A stretch of DNA of 64,000 bases from Candidatus Spongiisociaceae bacterium (GTDB lineage Bacteria > Actinomycetota > Acidimicrobiia > Spongiisociales > Spongiisociaceae), in assembly GCA_965202665.1 (NCBI GenBank), contig OZ241841.1, positions 1,824,001-1,888,000 of the forward strand, written 5' to 3'. Position numbers and translations under genes: made by a program. The notes beneath the pieces were generated by a model that saw only the letters and a program-made list of their open reading frames with translations, did not search any database and had not been told where the DNA came from. Each line of letters opens with the position of its first letter. Within the stretch, counting starts at the first letter, position 1. Positions 10,300 to 20,829 of this stretch are shown piece by piece.

Positions 10300-11165
10300 T
10301 GACCGACCAGTTGATCGAGTTGGCCGCGGGCGGCGTGCTGTGGCGGGTCAAAGACGGCAAAACGGAGGTCCTGATGGTCCACCGCCCCGCCTACGACGAC
10401 TGGACTTTCCCCAAAGGCAGACTGGAGGAAGGCGAAAGCCTCGTCCAATGCGCGGCCCGGGAGGCGGAGGAGGAAACCGGCCTGCCCGTCGTCATCGGCC
10501 GCTTCCTGGGAGTGACCAGCTACATCAAACGTTCCGGTCGTCACAAAGAGGTTTCCTACTGGGCTATGCGGGCGGGCAAAGGCAAATTCCGGCCCGGCCG
10601 GGAAGTGGACCGGGTGCGCTGGGTCCGCCCCGGCAAACTGGCCAAGCGCCTCACCCATCAGGTGGACCGGGACTTTGCGGCCCGCCTGCCCGGCGACTGG
10701 AACGATCCCCCGGACCGCATCCTGCTCACCCGGCACGCCCACGCCGGGGTGCGGGGAACCTGGGACGGCGACGACTCTTTGCGCCCCCTGTCCAACAAGG
10801 GCCGCCGTCAAGCGCAGGGGATAGTGGAACAACTTGCCGGATTTGAGATCGACCGCATTCTCACCAGTCCGGCGGTGCGATGCCAGCAGACGGTGGACCC
10901 GTTGGCGATGGCCCGCGGTTTGGACCGCGTCGTAACCCGCAGTCTGTGGGAGATGGCCGGACCGGGGGAAATGGCCGCCCTGCTGGCCGACCGCCGACGG
11001 GGAACGACCCTTCTCTGCTCGCACGGCCCCAACCTGATCAACGCCCTGCGGGAGATGCTGGGGGACTGGGCCGGTTTGCCCGTTCAGAAAGGTTCAACCT
11101 GGGTGTTCGACTTGGCGGAGGAGAAGACGGCCACCTCCAACTATCTGGCCCCGCCCTCCTCCTGA
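10299..11165 (+). CDS. NUDIX hydrolase fused to a histidine phosphatase domain (MutT1-like)
   Basis: HRPAYDDWTFPKG, Nudix box REAEEETG, RHA motif, SPAVRC.QT, CSHG. Confidence 0.88.
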   Translation: MTDQLIELAAGGVLWRVKDGKTEVLMVHRPAYDDWTFPKGRLEEGESLVQCAAREAEEETGLPVVIGRFLGVTSYIKRSGRHKEVSYWAMRAGKGKFRPGREVDRVRWVRPGKLAKRLTHQVDRDFAARLPGDWNDPPDRILLTRHAHAGVRGTWDGDDSLRPLSNKGRRQAQGIVEQLAGFEIDRILTSPAVRCQQTVDPLAMARGLDRVVTRSLWEMAGPGEMAALLADRRRGTTLLCSHGPNLINALREMLGDWAGLPVQKGSTWVFDLAEEKTATSNYLAPPSS

Positions 11166-11209
11166 CCCCCGGCGGCCCCCCACCGGCCCCCCCGTAGAAA
11201 CTGAAAGAT

Positions 11210-14200
11210 TCAGAGGGAGAAAAGTTCGTCCATCAAACGGGCCTGCTCCTGGTTGTGCCGGCGGTGGCTGCCGGCGGCGGGGGAGGCGCTTTCCGGACGG
11301 CACACCACCGTTGTCTCCCGTCCCGCCAAACGGGACAGGCGGGGCTGCATGTAGAAGGCGGGTCCCATATTGGCCGGTTCCTCCTGCAACCAGGCCACCC
11401 GCGCCCCCGGCGAGGAGTTCAGAAGGTCGCGCAGGTGGGACTCGTCCAACGGATACAACTCTTCGATGCGGTGCAGGGCCATCCCGGAAACCCCCCGTTC
11501 CTCCCGCAACCGGGAAGCCTCGTAGAACACTTTCCCCGAACAGAACACCATCACCCGGATCGGGGCGGGCGGCTCCGGGTCGGGGATGACCCTTTGCAAT
11601 CCGCCATGCGTGAAATCGGCCAGCGGGCTGAACGAAGCCTGGGTGCGCAACAACGACTTGGGGGAGAAGACGATGGCCGGCCGCGACGGGCGGGCCAGCA
11701 CCTGGCGGCGCAAAAGGTGGAACATCTGGGAGGCCTGCGACGGGTACAGGATGTGCATGTTGTCCTCGGCCCCCATCTGCAGGTAGCGCTCGATGCGGGC
11801 CGAAGAATGCTCCGGCCCCTGCCCTTCGTAGCCGTGCGGGAGCAGCACCACCAGCCCCGAGGCCAAGCCCCATTTGTCCTCCGCCGCCGACAGGAAAGTG
11901 TCGAAGACGACCTGGGCGCCGTTGGCGAAATCCCCGAACTGCGCCTCCCAGGCCACCAGGCTGTCCGGCCTTTCCAGGGAATATCCGTATTCGAAGCCCA
12001 TGGCCGCGAACTCCGACAACAGCGAATCCACAAACCGCACCCGGGCCGTATCGAAAGTGCGTTGCGCTAAGGCCATCCATTCCTCGCCGGTTTCGAAGTC
12101 CACCAGCGAAGCGTGGCGGTGGCTGAAAGTGCCCCGCGCCGAATCTTCGCCCGCCACCCGCACCCAGGTTCCCTCCTCGGCCAAGGAACCGAAGGCGAAA
12201 TATTCGGCCATCGCCCAGTCGGCCGAACCCTGCTCGAACAGTTTGAGGCGGTTGGTCAGCACCCGCCCCAGTTTGGGGTGGACGGTGAAACCGGTGGGGG
12301 GCGTGTTCACGTACTCGTTCAACTCCGACAGCAACTCCAAGTGGACGGCGGTCGGCGGGTCGGAAATCTCCTGCTCCGCCTCCTCCAAGGCGGTCTGCTC
12401 GGCGGCCGCGTCCTGTTCGAACTCGGCCCGCAGCCGGGAGGCGGCCATGAAACGGCGGGGCCGGTCCTGCTCGGCGGCGGCGTCTTTTTCAAATTCGGCC
12501 TGCAACAGATTATGGAAATCGGCGGCGATGCGGTCCGCATCTTCTTCGGTCAACTCCCCGGTGTTCACCAGCCGCGACAAGTACAGCTCCCGCACCGAGG
12601 GGCGTTCGTCGATCCGCCGGTACATCAGCGGCTGGGTGAAAGACGGCTCGTCTCCCTCGTTGTGCCCCCGGCGGCGGTAGCCGATCATGTCGATGATCAC
12701 GTCTTTGGCGAAAATCTGCCGGTAGGTGAAAGCCAAGCGGGTGGCCCGCACCACCGCCTCCGGATCGTCGGCGTTGACATGCAGGATGGGCGCCCCCACC
12801 GCTTTGGCGGCGTCGGTGGCGTAATGGCTGGAACGGGCGTCCACGGTGGAAGTGGTGAAACCCACCTGGTTGTTGACGATGATGTGGATGGTCCCCCCGG
12901 TGCGGTAGCCGTCCAGCTGCGACAGGTTGAGGGTTTCCAGCACCACCCCCTGCCCGGCGAAGGCGGCGTCCCCGTGCATCAGCACCGGCAGGATCTGGGT
13001 GTAGCCCAGTTTGCCCAGCCGTTCCTGCTTGGCCCGGGCCATTCCTTCCAGCACCGGGTCCACCGCCTCCAGATGGCTGGGGTTGGGAATCAACTGCACC
13101 GTCACCTCGTTCCCGTCCCCCGCCCGGTAAAGGCCCACCGCTCCCAGATGGTGGCGGACATCCCCCGAACCTTGGATGGTTTCCGGGTCTTCGTCCTCGA
13201 ACTCCCGGAAAATGCGGGAATGGCTTTTGCCCGCCACGTTGGCCAGCACGTTCAGCCGCCCCCGATGGGACATCCCGATGATCACCTCCAAAATGTCGTC
13301 TCCGGCCGCTTGGTCCAGCAGGGAAGTCAACAGCGGAATCAGGCTTTCCACCCCTTCCAACCCGAACCGTTTCTGTCCCACGTATTTGGTATGCAGAAAC
13401 GTTTCGAAGGCCTCCGCTTGGTTGAGCCGGGTGAGGATTTCAATTTTTTCCTCGGAGGAGGGGGGCGGGATGCGCCGTTCCAACCGGTGCTGCAGCCAGG
13501 TTTTCTCGTCCTGGTCTTGGATGTGCATGTATTCGATGCCGATGGTGCGGCAGTAGGCGTCGCGCAACCGCCCCAGCAGTTCCCCCAAAGTGAGAATGCT
13601 TTCCCCGCCCACCCCGTTGGTGGCGAACTCCCGGTCCAGGTCCCAGATGGTCAGCCCGTAGGTGAGGGGGTCCAGTTCGGCGGGCATGGAAGGCGGCTCC
13701 TGCATCAGCGGGTCCAACTGGGCGATGAGGTGCCCCCGCACCCGGTAGGCGTTGATCAGGCTGAACACCTGCGCCTGTTTCTCCGCCCAAGCGGGGGTGC
13801 CGAAGGGGGGATTGTCGTCCACCGCCCACTGGGCCGGGGTGTAGGGCATGCGGGTGGAGTGGAAAATGCCGCCGTAGAAGTTGCGTCCCCCCCGCAGGTA
13901 TTCGTTGACCAAAGAAAGGAACCGCCCCGACTGCGCCCCCTGGATGACCCGGTGGTCGTAGGTGCTGGAAATGCTGATCACTTTGCCGATGCCCAGCCGG
14001 GCGATGGTTCCCTGGTCGGCCCCCTGGTATTCGGGCGGGTGTTCGATGGCCCCCACTCCCACGATCAGGCCTTGGCCTTTCATAAGCCGGGGCACCGAAT
14101 GCACCGTCCCCACCGTGCCCGGGTTGGTGAGGGTGACGGTGGTGCCCGCGAAGTCGTCGGGGGTGGCTTTCCCGCTCTGCACCCGCCGCACCAGCGACTG

Positions 14201-14887
14201 GTAGGCCTGCCAGTAATCCTCGAATTCCATGTCTTGCACGCCTTTGATGTTGGGCACCACCAGTATGCGGCCCCCGTCCCGGCCTTCCATGTCCATGGCC
14301 AAACCCAGGTTCACCTGCTTGTGGACCGCCCGGCCCGGGGCCCCCTCCGTTTCCTGATAGGAGACGTTCATTTCCGGCATTTCCCGCAGGGAACGGATCA
14401 CCGCCCAGCCGATCAGATGGGTGAAGCTGACTTTGCCCCCTTTGATACGCCGTTGCAACTGGTTGTTGAGGATGCGCCGGTTGACTTCCAGCAGTTTGGC
14501 GGGCATGTTGCGCACCGAGGTGGCGGTGGGCACTTCCAGGCTGGCGTCCATGGCCTCCGCAATGCGGCCCGGGATTCCCACCAGCTTTTCCACCCCCGCC
14601 TCTTCTCTATCGTCCCCTGGTTTCCCCGCGGCCGGGGCCGGGCCGTCGGGGGGCGGGGGAGCGGCCGTTTCCGGCGGGGCGGCGGCCGGGGCCGCCACTT
14701 CCGCATCCCGGATGGCCGGCCCGTCCAAGTCGGGGGCGGCGGGGGCGCGCCCCGCAAAAAATTCCCGCCAGGCGGGATCCACCGAGTCGGGCGCGGTTCG
14801 GTAGCGGTGGAGCATTTCCTCCACCATCCACTGGTTGGGGCCGAAGTCCAGCCCGGGGGCGGTTTCCGTTCGTCCGGCGTCTGCCAT
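11210..14887 (-). CDS. kgd: Multifunctional 2-oxoglutarate decarboxylase/dehydrogenase (E2-like plus E1o)
   Basis: FGPNQWMVEEM, YDHRVIQGA, GQKRFGLEG, HGDAAFAGQG, WEAQFGDF, PHGYEGQGPEHSSAR. Confidence 0.95.
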   Translation of the reverse strand: MADAGRTETAPGLDFGPNQWMVEEMLHRYRTAPDSVDPAWREFFAGRAPAAPDLDGPAIRDAEVAAPAAAPPETAAPPPPDGPAPAAGKPGDDREEAGVEKLVGIPGRIAEAMDASLEVPTATSVRNMPAKLLEVNRRILNNQLQRRIKGGKVSFTHLIGWAVIRSLREMPEMNVSYQETEGAPGRAVHKQVNLGLAMDMEGRDGGRILVVPNIKGVQDMEFEDYWQAYQSLVRRVQSGKATPDDFAGTTVTLTNPGTVGTVHSVPRLMKGQGLIVGVGAIEHPPEYQGADQGTIARLGIGKVISISSTYDHRVIQGAQSGRFLSLVNEYLRGGRNFYGGIFHSTRMPYTPAQWAVDDNPPFGTPAWAEKQAQVFSLINAYRVRGHLIAQLDPLMQEPPSMPAELDPLTYGLTIWDLDREFATNGVGGESILTLGELLGRLRDAYCRTIGIEYMHIQDQDEKTWLQHRLERRIPPPSSEEKIEILTRLNQAEAFETFLHTKYVGQKRFGLEGVESLIPLLTSLLDQAAGDDILEVIIGMSHRGRLNVLANVAGKSHSRIFREFEDEDPETIQGSGDVRHHLGAVGLYRAGDGNEVTVQLIPNPSHLEAVDPVLEGMARAKQERLGKLGYTQILPVLMHGDAAFAGQGVVLETLNLSQLDGYRTGGTIHIIVNNQVGFTTSTVDARSSHYATDAAKAVGAPILHVNADDPEAVVRATRLAFTYRQIFAKDVIIDMIGYRRRGHNEGDEPSFTQPLMYRRIDERPSVRELYLSRLVNTGELTEEDADRIAADFHNLLQAEFEKDAAAEQDRPRRFMAASRLRAEFEQDAAAEQTALEEAEQEISDPPTAVHLELLSELNEYVNTPPTGFTVHPKLGRVLTNRLKLFEQGSADWAMAEYFAFGSLAEEGTWVRVAGEDSARGTFSHRHASLVDFETGEEWMALAQRTFDTARVRFVDSLLSEFAAMGFEYGYSLERPDSLVAWEAQFGDFANGAQVVFDTFLSAAEDKWGLASGLVVLLPHGYEGQGPEHSSARIERYLQMGAEDNMHILYPSQASQMFHLLRRQVLARPSRPAIVFSPKSLLRTQASFSPLADFTHGGLQRVIPDPEPPAPIRVMVFCSGKVFYEASRLREERGVSGMALHRIEELYPLDESHLRDLLNSSPGARVAWLQEEPANMGPAFYMQPRLSRLAGRETTVVCRPESASPAAGSHRRHNQEQARLMDELFSL

Positions 14888-14997
14888 AATCTTTAATAAT
14901 ACCGGGATAACGCCGCGCGTTACCGCGTTTGCCCGGTTGGCCCCCGGTGGGGCGCGCTTGGCCCTATGTCCGCCCGCCCCGGCTAGTTTGGAGGACG

Positions 14998-16332
14998 ATG
15001 GCCAAAGTCGCCGCCCGCGCCGTTCCGCCCCTCCTGTTGCTGGTCTGGGCGGCGGTTGCGTGCGGCTCTTCCGCCCCGGCGACATCCTCTACTTCCGCCG
15101 CCGCGGAGGAACCCGTCCCGGCTCCTGTTTCTTCTTCCCCCGCAACTTCCTCCGCCGTTGCGGATACTGCGGTGGAAAACCCGCCCTCCGATTCCCGCTC
15201 CGCCGATACCGCCGTTGCTGCAACATCCCCCGCAACCACCGGCGCCGAGTTGGATATCGGCCGTTTGCATCCGTCGGTGGAGTCGGTTACCGCTGACTGG
15301 CCCACCGACTGGAGCCGCAGTTCCATCGACCTGGGCGAGTTGCAGGTGGGGATTCCGGCCATGGACCCCCGGGACGCCATCCCCCCGTTGGACGACCCGG
15401 TGTTCGAAACGGTGTGGGACGCCGCGGTGTGGCTCGACGACCGGTCCCCGGGAGTGCTGGTGCTGGCCGGGGGCGAAGCCCGTTTCTACCCGTTGGGCAT
15501 CCTGCACCGCCACGAAATCGTCAACGACCGAATCGGCGATGTTCCGGCGGCGGTCACCTACTGCCCGCTGTGCAACACGGCCTTGGTTTTCGACCGGCGC
15601 GTGGACGGGGCGGAGATCCGGTTGGGGGTGTCCGGCCTGTTGCGCCACTCCGACCTGGTGATGTGGGACGACCGCACCGTTTCCCTGTGGCAACAGGCCA
15701 CCGGGGAGGGAATCGTGGGCGACTATCAGGGGGTTTCCCTGGTCCGGCTCCCCTCCGCCATCGTCTCCTTCGAAGACTTCGCCGTTCACTATCCGCACAA
15801 CGGCAAGTCCCTGTCCCGCGCCACCGGCTACGGGTCCGGTTATGAAACCAACCCCTACGTCGGTTATTCCAGCCAACCCCGCCCTTACGGTTTCTTCACC
15901 GGGGAAATCGACCCCCGTTTTCCGGCTTTGGAGCGGGTGGTGGGGGTTTCCGCCGGAGGCGAGGAGCGGGCCTATCCTTTTTCGGTCATCTCCCGGGCGG
16001 GGGCGGTCAACGACGAGGTAGGCGGGGCGCCGGTGGCGGTGTTTTGGGGCGGGGAAACCGCCGACCCCTTGGATCGGGGGAATATCGCCGACAGCCGAAC
16101 TATCGGAACCGGGGTCGCCTACCTGGCCGAAGCGGAGGGCCGGGTCCTCACTTTCGCCAAAGAAGGGGATCGGTTTCGAGACGCCGAAACCGGCAGCACC
16201 TGGACCCTGCTCGGCTGGGCGATAGACGGTCCGTTGGCCGGGAACCGCTTGCGCTTGGCCGACCATCGGAACGAATTCTGGTTCGCGTGGGCGGCCTTCT
16301 ACCCGGAGGGGACGGTTTACGAAGGCCCCTGA
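14998..16332 (+). CDS. DUF3179-family lipoprotein
   Basis: Lipobox AAVAC, Ser/Ala-rich linker, DAIPPLD, HEIVND, TYCPLC, GVSGLL, FWFAWAAFYP. Confidence 0.85.
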   Translation: MAKVAARAVPPLLLLVWAAVACGSSAPATSSTSAAAEEPVPAPVSSSPATSSAVADTAVENPPSDSRSADTAVAATSPATTGAELDIGRLHPSVESVTADWPTDWSRSSIDLGELQVGIPAMDPRDAIPPLDDPVFETVWDAAVWLDDRSPGVLVLAGGEARFYPLGILHRHEIVNDRIGDVPAAVTYCPLCNTALVFDRRVDGAEIRLGVSGLLRHSDLVMWDDRTVSLWQQATGEGIVGDYQGVSLVRLPSAIVSFEDFAVHYPHNGKSLSRATGYGSGYETNPYVGYSSQPRPYGFFTGEIDPRFPALERVVGVSAGGEERAYPFSVISRAGAVNDEVGGAPVAVFWGGETADPLDRGNIADSRTIGTGVAYLAEAEGRVLTFAKEGDRFRDAETGSTWTLLGWAIDGPLAGNRLRLADHRNEFWFAWAAFYPEGTVYEGP

Positions 16333-16353
16333 AACCCGCCTCGGAAAATCCGC

Positions 16354-17361
16354 TTACCAGAGGTCCTGTTCGCGGATTCCGAAGGAGGGGTGGCGCAACC
16401 GGCACAAGGCCAATTTTTCCAGTTGGCGGATTCGTTCCCGGGTCAGGTTGAACTGCTTGCCGATTTCCTCCAAGGTGAGGGGATGTTCGCCGTTGAATCC
16501 GTAGCGCATGGACAGAATTGTCCCTTCCCGGTCCGGCAGGCGCCGGATGGATTTGAGCAACGCCCCGTACACGTCTTGGTCTTCGGTGTGGCGCAACGGG
16601 TCCACCGCTTCCTCGTCTTCGATGAAATCGCCCAACAGGGCCCCGTCTTCGCCGATCGGTTTTTCCAACGAGGCGGTGTCGGAGACGCTCAGGGCCAGCT
16701 CCACTTTTTCCTCCGTCACCCCCGCCTCTTGGGCGATCTCCGGGATTTTCGGATCCCGTCCCAACTCCGCTTTCAGGCTGGCCTGGGCGGCCCGCACCGA
16801 AGCCAGCGTGTCATGCAGATGGACGGGGATGCGCACCGTGCGCGACTTGTCGGCGATGGCCCGGGTGATGGCCTGGCGTATCCACCAAGTGGCGTAAGTG
16901 GAGAATTTGAAACCTTTGCGCCAGTCGAACTTCTCCACCGCCCGGATCAGCCCCAGGTTGCCTTCCTGAATCAGATCCAGCAGGTCAATCCCGGACGTGT
17001 TGGAATACTTGCGGGCGTTGGACACCACCAGCCGCAGGTTGGCGGTCAGGAAATTGTCTTTGGCTTCTTGGCCTTTGCGCACTTTGCGCTCCAAAGCGGT
17101 CCGCACTTTGGTGTTGCGCCGCGGATTTCTCTCATCCAGTTCGCGAGTGGCTTCATGCCCGGCTTCTATCTTCTGCGCCAACTCCACTTCCTGGTCGGCG
17201 GTGAGCAACTCATATTCGCCGATGCCGGTCAGATACTGGCCCACCAGATCAGTGGTGAGGCGGCCGCGCTCGTCGGTGAGGCGGTTCAGTTCACGGGCGC
17301 GCCCGTTAGCCGCTTCCCCGTTCCCCGTTTTAACTTGTACCGCGTTGCCGGTGGTCGCCAT
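16354..17361 (-). CDS. Sigma-70 factor, group-2-like (SigB/HrdD-like)
   Basis: [48 protein letters not shown]; no region 1.1. Confidence 0.9.
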   Translation of the reverse strand: MATTGNAVQVKTGNGEAANGRARELNRLTDERGRLTTDLVGQYLTGIGEYELLTADQEVELAQKIEAGHEATRELDERNPRRNTKVRTALERKVRKGQEAKDNFLTANLRLVVSNARKYSNTSGIDLLDLIQEGNLGLIRAVEKFDWRKGFKFSTYATWWIRQAITRAIADKSRTVRIPVHLHDTLASVRAAQASLKAELGRDPKIPEIAQEAGVTEEKVELALSVSDTASLEKPIGEDGALLGDFIEDEEAVDPLRHTEDQDVYGALLKSIRRLPDREGTILSMRYGFNGEHPLTLEEIGKQFNLTRERIRQLEKLALCRLRHPSFGIREQDLW

Positions 17362-17519
17362 GGATCCCTCCAATCCCTACGATACATCCTACAGCCTTTG
17401 ACGCGGACAGGCGGGGCAGTGCGCCGCCTGCGCGCGACCGATTCCAAAGGCCGCAGGTTCCTGGTACCGTTCCTATTACGCTACGCGCGTTTTTTCTTTC
17501 CGGATAGGTCCTGCTACTA

Positions 17520-17546
17520 CAACCTAATTGAAGCCGTTTGTATTCC
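17520..17546 (-). promoter_or_regulatory. SigR/SigH/SigE-type ECF promoter upstream of the sigma gene
   Basis: Minus strand GGAAT-N18-GTTG. Confidence 0.55.
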
Positions 17547-17712
17547 ATCGGAACTTGCCCTTTCGTTTAGGATACCCCTGTTACGGGGAAACGCGCGCCA
17601 TTCGGACTTTTGCCCGAACCCCTCCCTTAGACTGGCGCAACCGATCGGGGGTTGCCATCCTTTCCACCATATCAAACTATCCGGGGCCTGTGACAAGTTT
17701 GCGGCGGGGGAA

Positions 17713-19734
17713 ATGATGCTGCTGCGCGACGCCGACCCCCGGGGTTTGTCCCCCTACCTGTTGCAACATCGGGACAACCCGGTGGACTGGTTCTCCTGGG
17801 GGGAGGAGGCTTTGGCTTTGGCCCGCCGCGCCGACCGTCCCATTTTGCTGTCGGTCGGTTACTCCACCTGCCATTGGTGTCATGTGATGGAACGGGAGTC
17901 CTTTCACGACCGGGACACCGCCCACTTTATGAACGGCCATTTCGTGTCGGTGAAAGTGGACCGGGAGGAGCGGCCCGACATCGACTCCGTATATATGGAT
18001 GCGGTGACGGCCATGACCGGCCGGGGCGGATGGCCGATGACCGTGTTTCTGACCCCCGGCGGGGAGCCCTTCTTCGCCGGAACTTATTTCCCCGACCGGG
18101 AGCGGCACGGGATGCCGTCTTTCCGGCAAGTTTTGGAGGCCATCGCCCACGCTTGGAAGAACCGCCGTCCGGATGTGGAGCAACAGGCGGCCGCCCTTAC
18201 CAAGTCCATCGGCCCGGTCCTGCCCGTTTCCCCCGATTTGCCGGACGGTTCCGACTTGGCCCGCGCCTATCACGCCATAGCCCATCAGTACGACCGGGAG
18301 CACGGCGGCTTCGGAGGGGCCCCCAAGTTCCCGCAGGCCCCGGCGTTGGAGTTTCTGTTGCGGGCGGCGGGGCGGCCTTGGGCGCCGGAGGCGGAGGAAA
18401 TGCTGACCGGAACGTTGCGCCGAATAGCCCGGGGGGGCATCTACGATCATTTGGGCGGCGGGTTCGCCCGCTATGCGGTGGATCGTATTTGGCTAGTGCC
18501 CCATTTTGAGAAAATGTTGTATGACAACGCCGACTTGGCCCGCCTGTCGGTGCGGGCTTGGCAACTGACTTCCGAGCCGGAGTTTCGGCGGGCGGCGGTG
18601 GAAACTTTGGATTACATCTTGGGGGATATGACCGCGCCGGAGGGAGGTTTCCACGCGGCTGAAGACGCCGACTCGGAGGGCGCGGAGGGCAAGTTCTACG
18701 TGTTTAGGCATGAGGAGTTCATGGAGGCGGTCGGGCCGCGGGACGGCGAGTTGGCGGCCTTCTATTTCGGGGTAACGGCGGAGGGCAACTTCGAGGGGGC
18801 CAACGTGTTAAGTCAGGCGGCTTCCCTTCAATGGACGGCCTCTCGTTTTGAAACTTCGGAGGCGGAGGCGCAGGCGGCGGTGGAGCGGGCCAAACGGGCG
18901 TTGTTGGAGGTTCGCAATCGCCGGGTTCGCCCCGGTTTGGATCGCAAAATCATTACGGCGTGGAACGGGTTGGCGGTGCGGGCTTTGGCGGTGGCGGGGA
19001 CGGTGTTGGGGGAGGACCGTTACCTGGAGGCGGCCCGGCGCAACGCCCGGTTCGTGCTGGACCGGATGCGCCGTTCCGATGGCCGACTGTGGCGCGTTTG
19101 GAGCGACGGTTTGTCCCCGGTGGGCGGTTTTTTGGAGGATCACGCCGCCTACGCGCTGGGGTTGTTGGAGTTGTATCAGGCCACCGGCGAGACGGAGTGG
19201 TTTATCGCCGCCCGCCGGATAGCGGACTTGTTGGAAGGGCATTTCGGAGGGGAGCGGGGAGTGGTGTTCGCGGCGGCGGCGGACGAAGCCAAACTGGTGG
19301 TGCGTCCCGTCGATCAGCAGGACAACCCCAGCGCCTCGGGGGCGTCGCTGGCCGCTGAATGCTTTCTGCTGATGGGCCATCTGACCGGCGATTTCTCATA
19401 CCACGACAAATTCGAACAGATAGTAAAGGCCGGCTCCCGGCTGATAGAAGCCGCCCCTCTAGCCGCCGGCCACCTGCTAGCGGTCCTGGCCACCGCCCGA
19501 ATGGGTTATAAAGAGGTGGCGATAACCGGCCCCGAAGCACTGGATTGGGCCCGCCGCCTGTCCCAAACTTACCGCCCCAACGTAATAACGGCCCCCTCAA
19601 CAACCCCCAACGAGCAAATACCCCTCCTCTCAGGCCGTCATAAAGAGGGCGCAACCCTAGCCTACGTTTGCGAAAAAGGAGTATGCCAAACCCCAGTAGA
19701 CTCCTATGACGCCATGGTGTCGCTGCTCAGCTAA
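17713..19734 (+). CDS. Thioredoxin-domain protein YyaL/SSP411 (DUF255)
   Basis: [42 protein letters not shown]. Confidence 0.93.
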   Translation: MMLLRDADPRGLSPYLLQHRDNPVDWFSWGEEALALARRADRPILLSVGYSTCHWCHVMERESFHDRDTAHFMNGHFVSVKVDREERPDIDSVYMDAVTAMTGRGGWPMTVFLTPGGEPFFAGTYFPDRERHGMPSFRQVLEAIAHAWKNRRPDVEQQAAALTKSIGPVLPVSPDLPDGSDLARAYHAIAHQYDREHGGFGGAPKFPQAPALEFLLRAAGRPWAPEAEEMLTGTLRRIARGGIYDHLGGGFARYAVDRIWLVPHFEKMLYDNADLARLSVRAWQLTSEPEFRRAAVETLDYILGDMTAPEGGFHAAEDADSEGAEGKFYVFRHEEFMEAVGPRDGELAAFYFGVTAEGNFEGANVLSQAASLQWTASRFETSEAEAQAAVERAKRALLEVRNRRVRPGLDRKIITAWNGLAVRALAVAGTVLGEDRYLEAARRNARFVLDRMRRSDGRLWRVWSDGLSPVGGFLEDHAAYALGLLELYQATGETEWFIAARRIADLLEGHFGGERGVVFAAAADEAKLVVRPVDQQDNPSASGASLAAECFLLMGHLTGDFSYHDKFEQIVKAGSRLIEAAPLAAGHLLAVLATARMGYKEVAITGPEALDWARRLSQTYRPNVITAPSTTPNEQIPLLSGRHKEGATLAYVCEKGVCQTPVDSYDAMVSLLS

Positions 19735-19747
19735 ATGATAGCTGAAT

Positions 19748-19777
19748 TTGACTTGCAGAGCGATTGATATTTATTAT
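19748..19777 (+). promoter_or_regulatory. Sigma-70-type promoter, possibly near-leaderless
   Basis: TTGACT-N18-TATTAT, 8 nt before the ATG at 19786. Confidence 0.4.
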
Positions 19778-19785
19778 GACCAGGC

Positions 19786-20829
19786 ATGCGCTACTTTAAA
19801 TGGGATAAGTACCATCTTCTCGTCAAGATAATAGCCATAGCTTTGGTTATTGCTCTTGCCATTGTAATAGTGGTTTTCCTATGGCGGAGCCTGTCGGTGG
19901 TGGAGTCGGAGCGCGCAAACCTGCAGGTAGAGTTGAATAATGCTACGGCGGAAAGAGATGCTTTACAGTCTAAGGTGTCCTCTATAGAAAGATTCTCTGC
20001 TAAAGAAAAATGGGAGGAGGCGGCCACCGCTTGGGAAGCAGTTGAAGCACCCCTGAATGCTTGGCGAGAAGCATGGGAGGTTACGAATACTAGTCCGGAT
20101 CTAGATGTTGACCTCTTCGATCCGGTTGCTTTATATGACTGGACGGAGAATACGAAGGATTGGTTGGTAGATTTTGAAAATACTATAGATGCTAGAGATA
20201 GAACACTCGAATTATTGGAGGTTGCTTGGGAAACTACCGCGGTTGCTTGGGATGTTTCTGCTCTGTTGTGGGATATAGAAGAAAAAGATATAGCTGCCAT
20301 AGCTGCTAAATCTGCCGCTTTACAAGCTAATAAAGCCGCTATTGCTAGGAGAAATGCTAGATTAGCAACGACGGATTTGATATCCTCCATGACACTTGAC
20401 TTGAATGTAAGGCTGGATGTTCTAAATGTTATCTCGCGAATACTTATCGAGAACCAAGATTTAGAGAGCCGGGTGAGGAACCTAGATGTCGCAACAGAGA
20501 TATTAGATGTTGTTGTGCAGTCTACTGACAAAATTGTATCTACCAAGAGGGCAATCTTTGATACTGCGGGAGATACCGCGTGGGAAGCTGCAGGTGATAC
20601 GGCAGCATATTTCGCTCAGGCTAGCGATTCTTTAGCTGACGTTTATGAAGGTTTTCATTGGCAAAATGTTAGGGATATCTGGACGGCGGTAGCTAATTCT
20701 TACCAATTGGTTGCAGAAGAAAATACTGGTGCCATGGAGGCTAGAATTTCTGCAGTGAACGCGATTAAGGAAACCCGGGATGCCTACAACGCAACCGCTG
20801 GTTCGGAAGAAAGCGAGGGAGGGACGTGA
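19786..20829 (+). CDS. AT-rich membrane-anchored alpha-helical hypothetical protein
   Basis: N-terminal TM (IIAIALVIALAIVIVVFL), coiled coil, recurrent AWE/AW motifs. Confidence 0.7.
   Translation: MRYFKWDKYHLLVKIIAIALVIALAIVIVVFLWRSLSVVESERANLQVELNNATAERDALQSKVSSIERFSAKEKWEEAATAWEAVEAPLNAWREAWEVTNTSPDLDVDLFDPVALYDWTENTKDWLVDFENTIDARDRTLELLEVAWETTAVAWDVSALLWDIEEKDIAAIAAKSAALQANKAAIARRNARLATTDLISSMTLDLNVRLDVLNVISRILIENQDLESRVRNLDVATEILDVVVQSTDKIVSTKRAIFDTAGDTAWEAAGDTAAYFAQASDSLADVYEGFHWQNVRDIWTAVANSYQLVAEENTGAMEARISAVNAIKETRDAYNATAGSEESEGGT

Noticed and set aside
16390-17712. N-terminal extension of the 1114-aa ORF
   Set aside because: It is antisense to the sigma factor gene; YyaL homology starts at 17713
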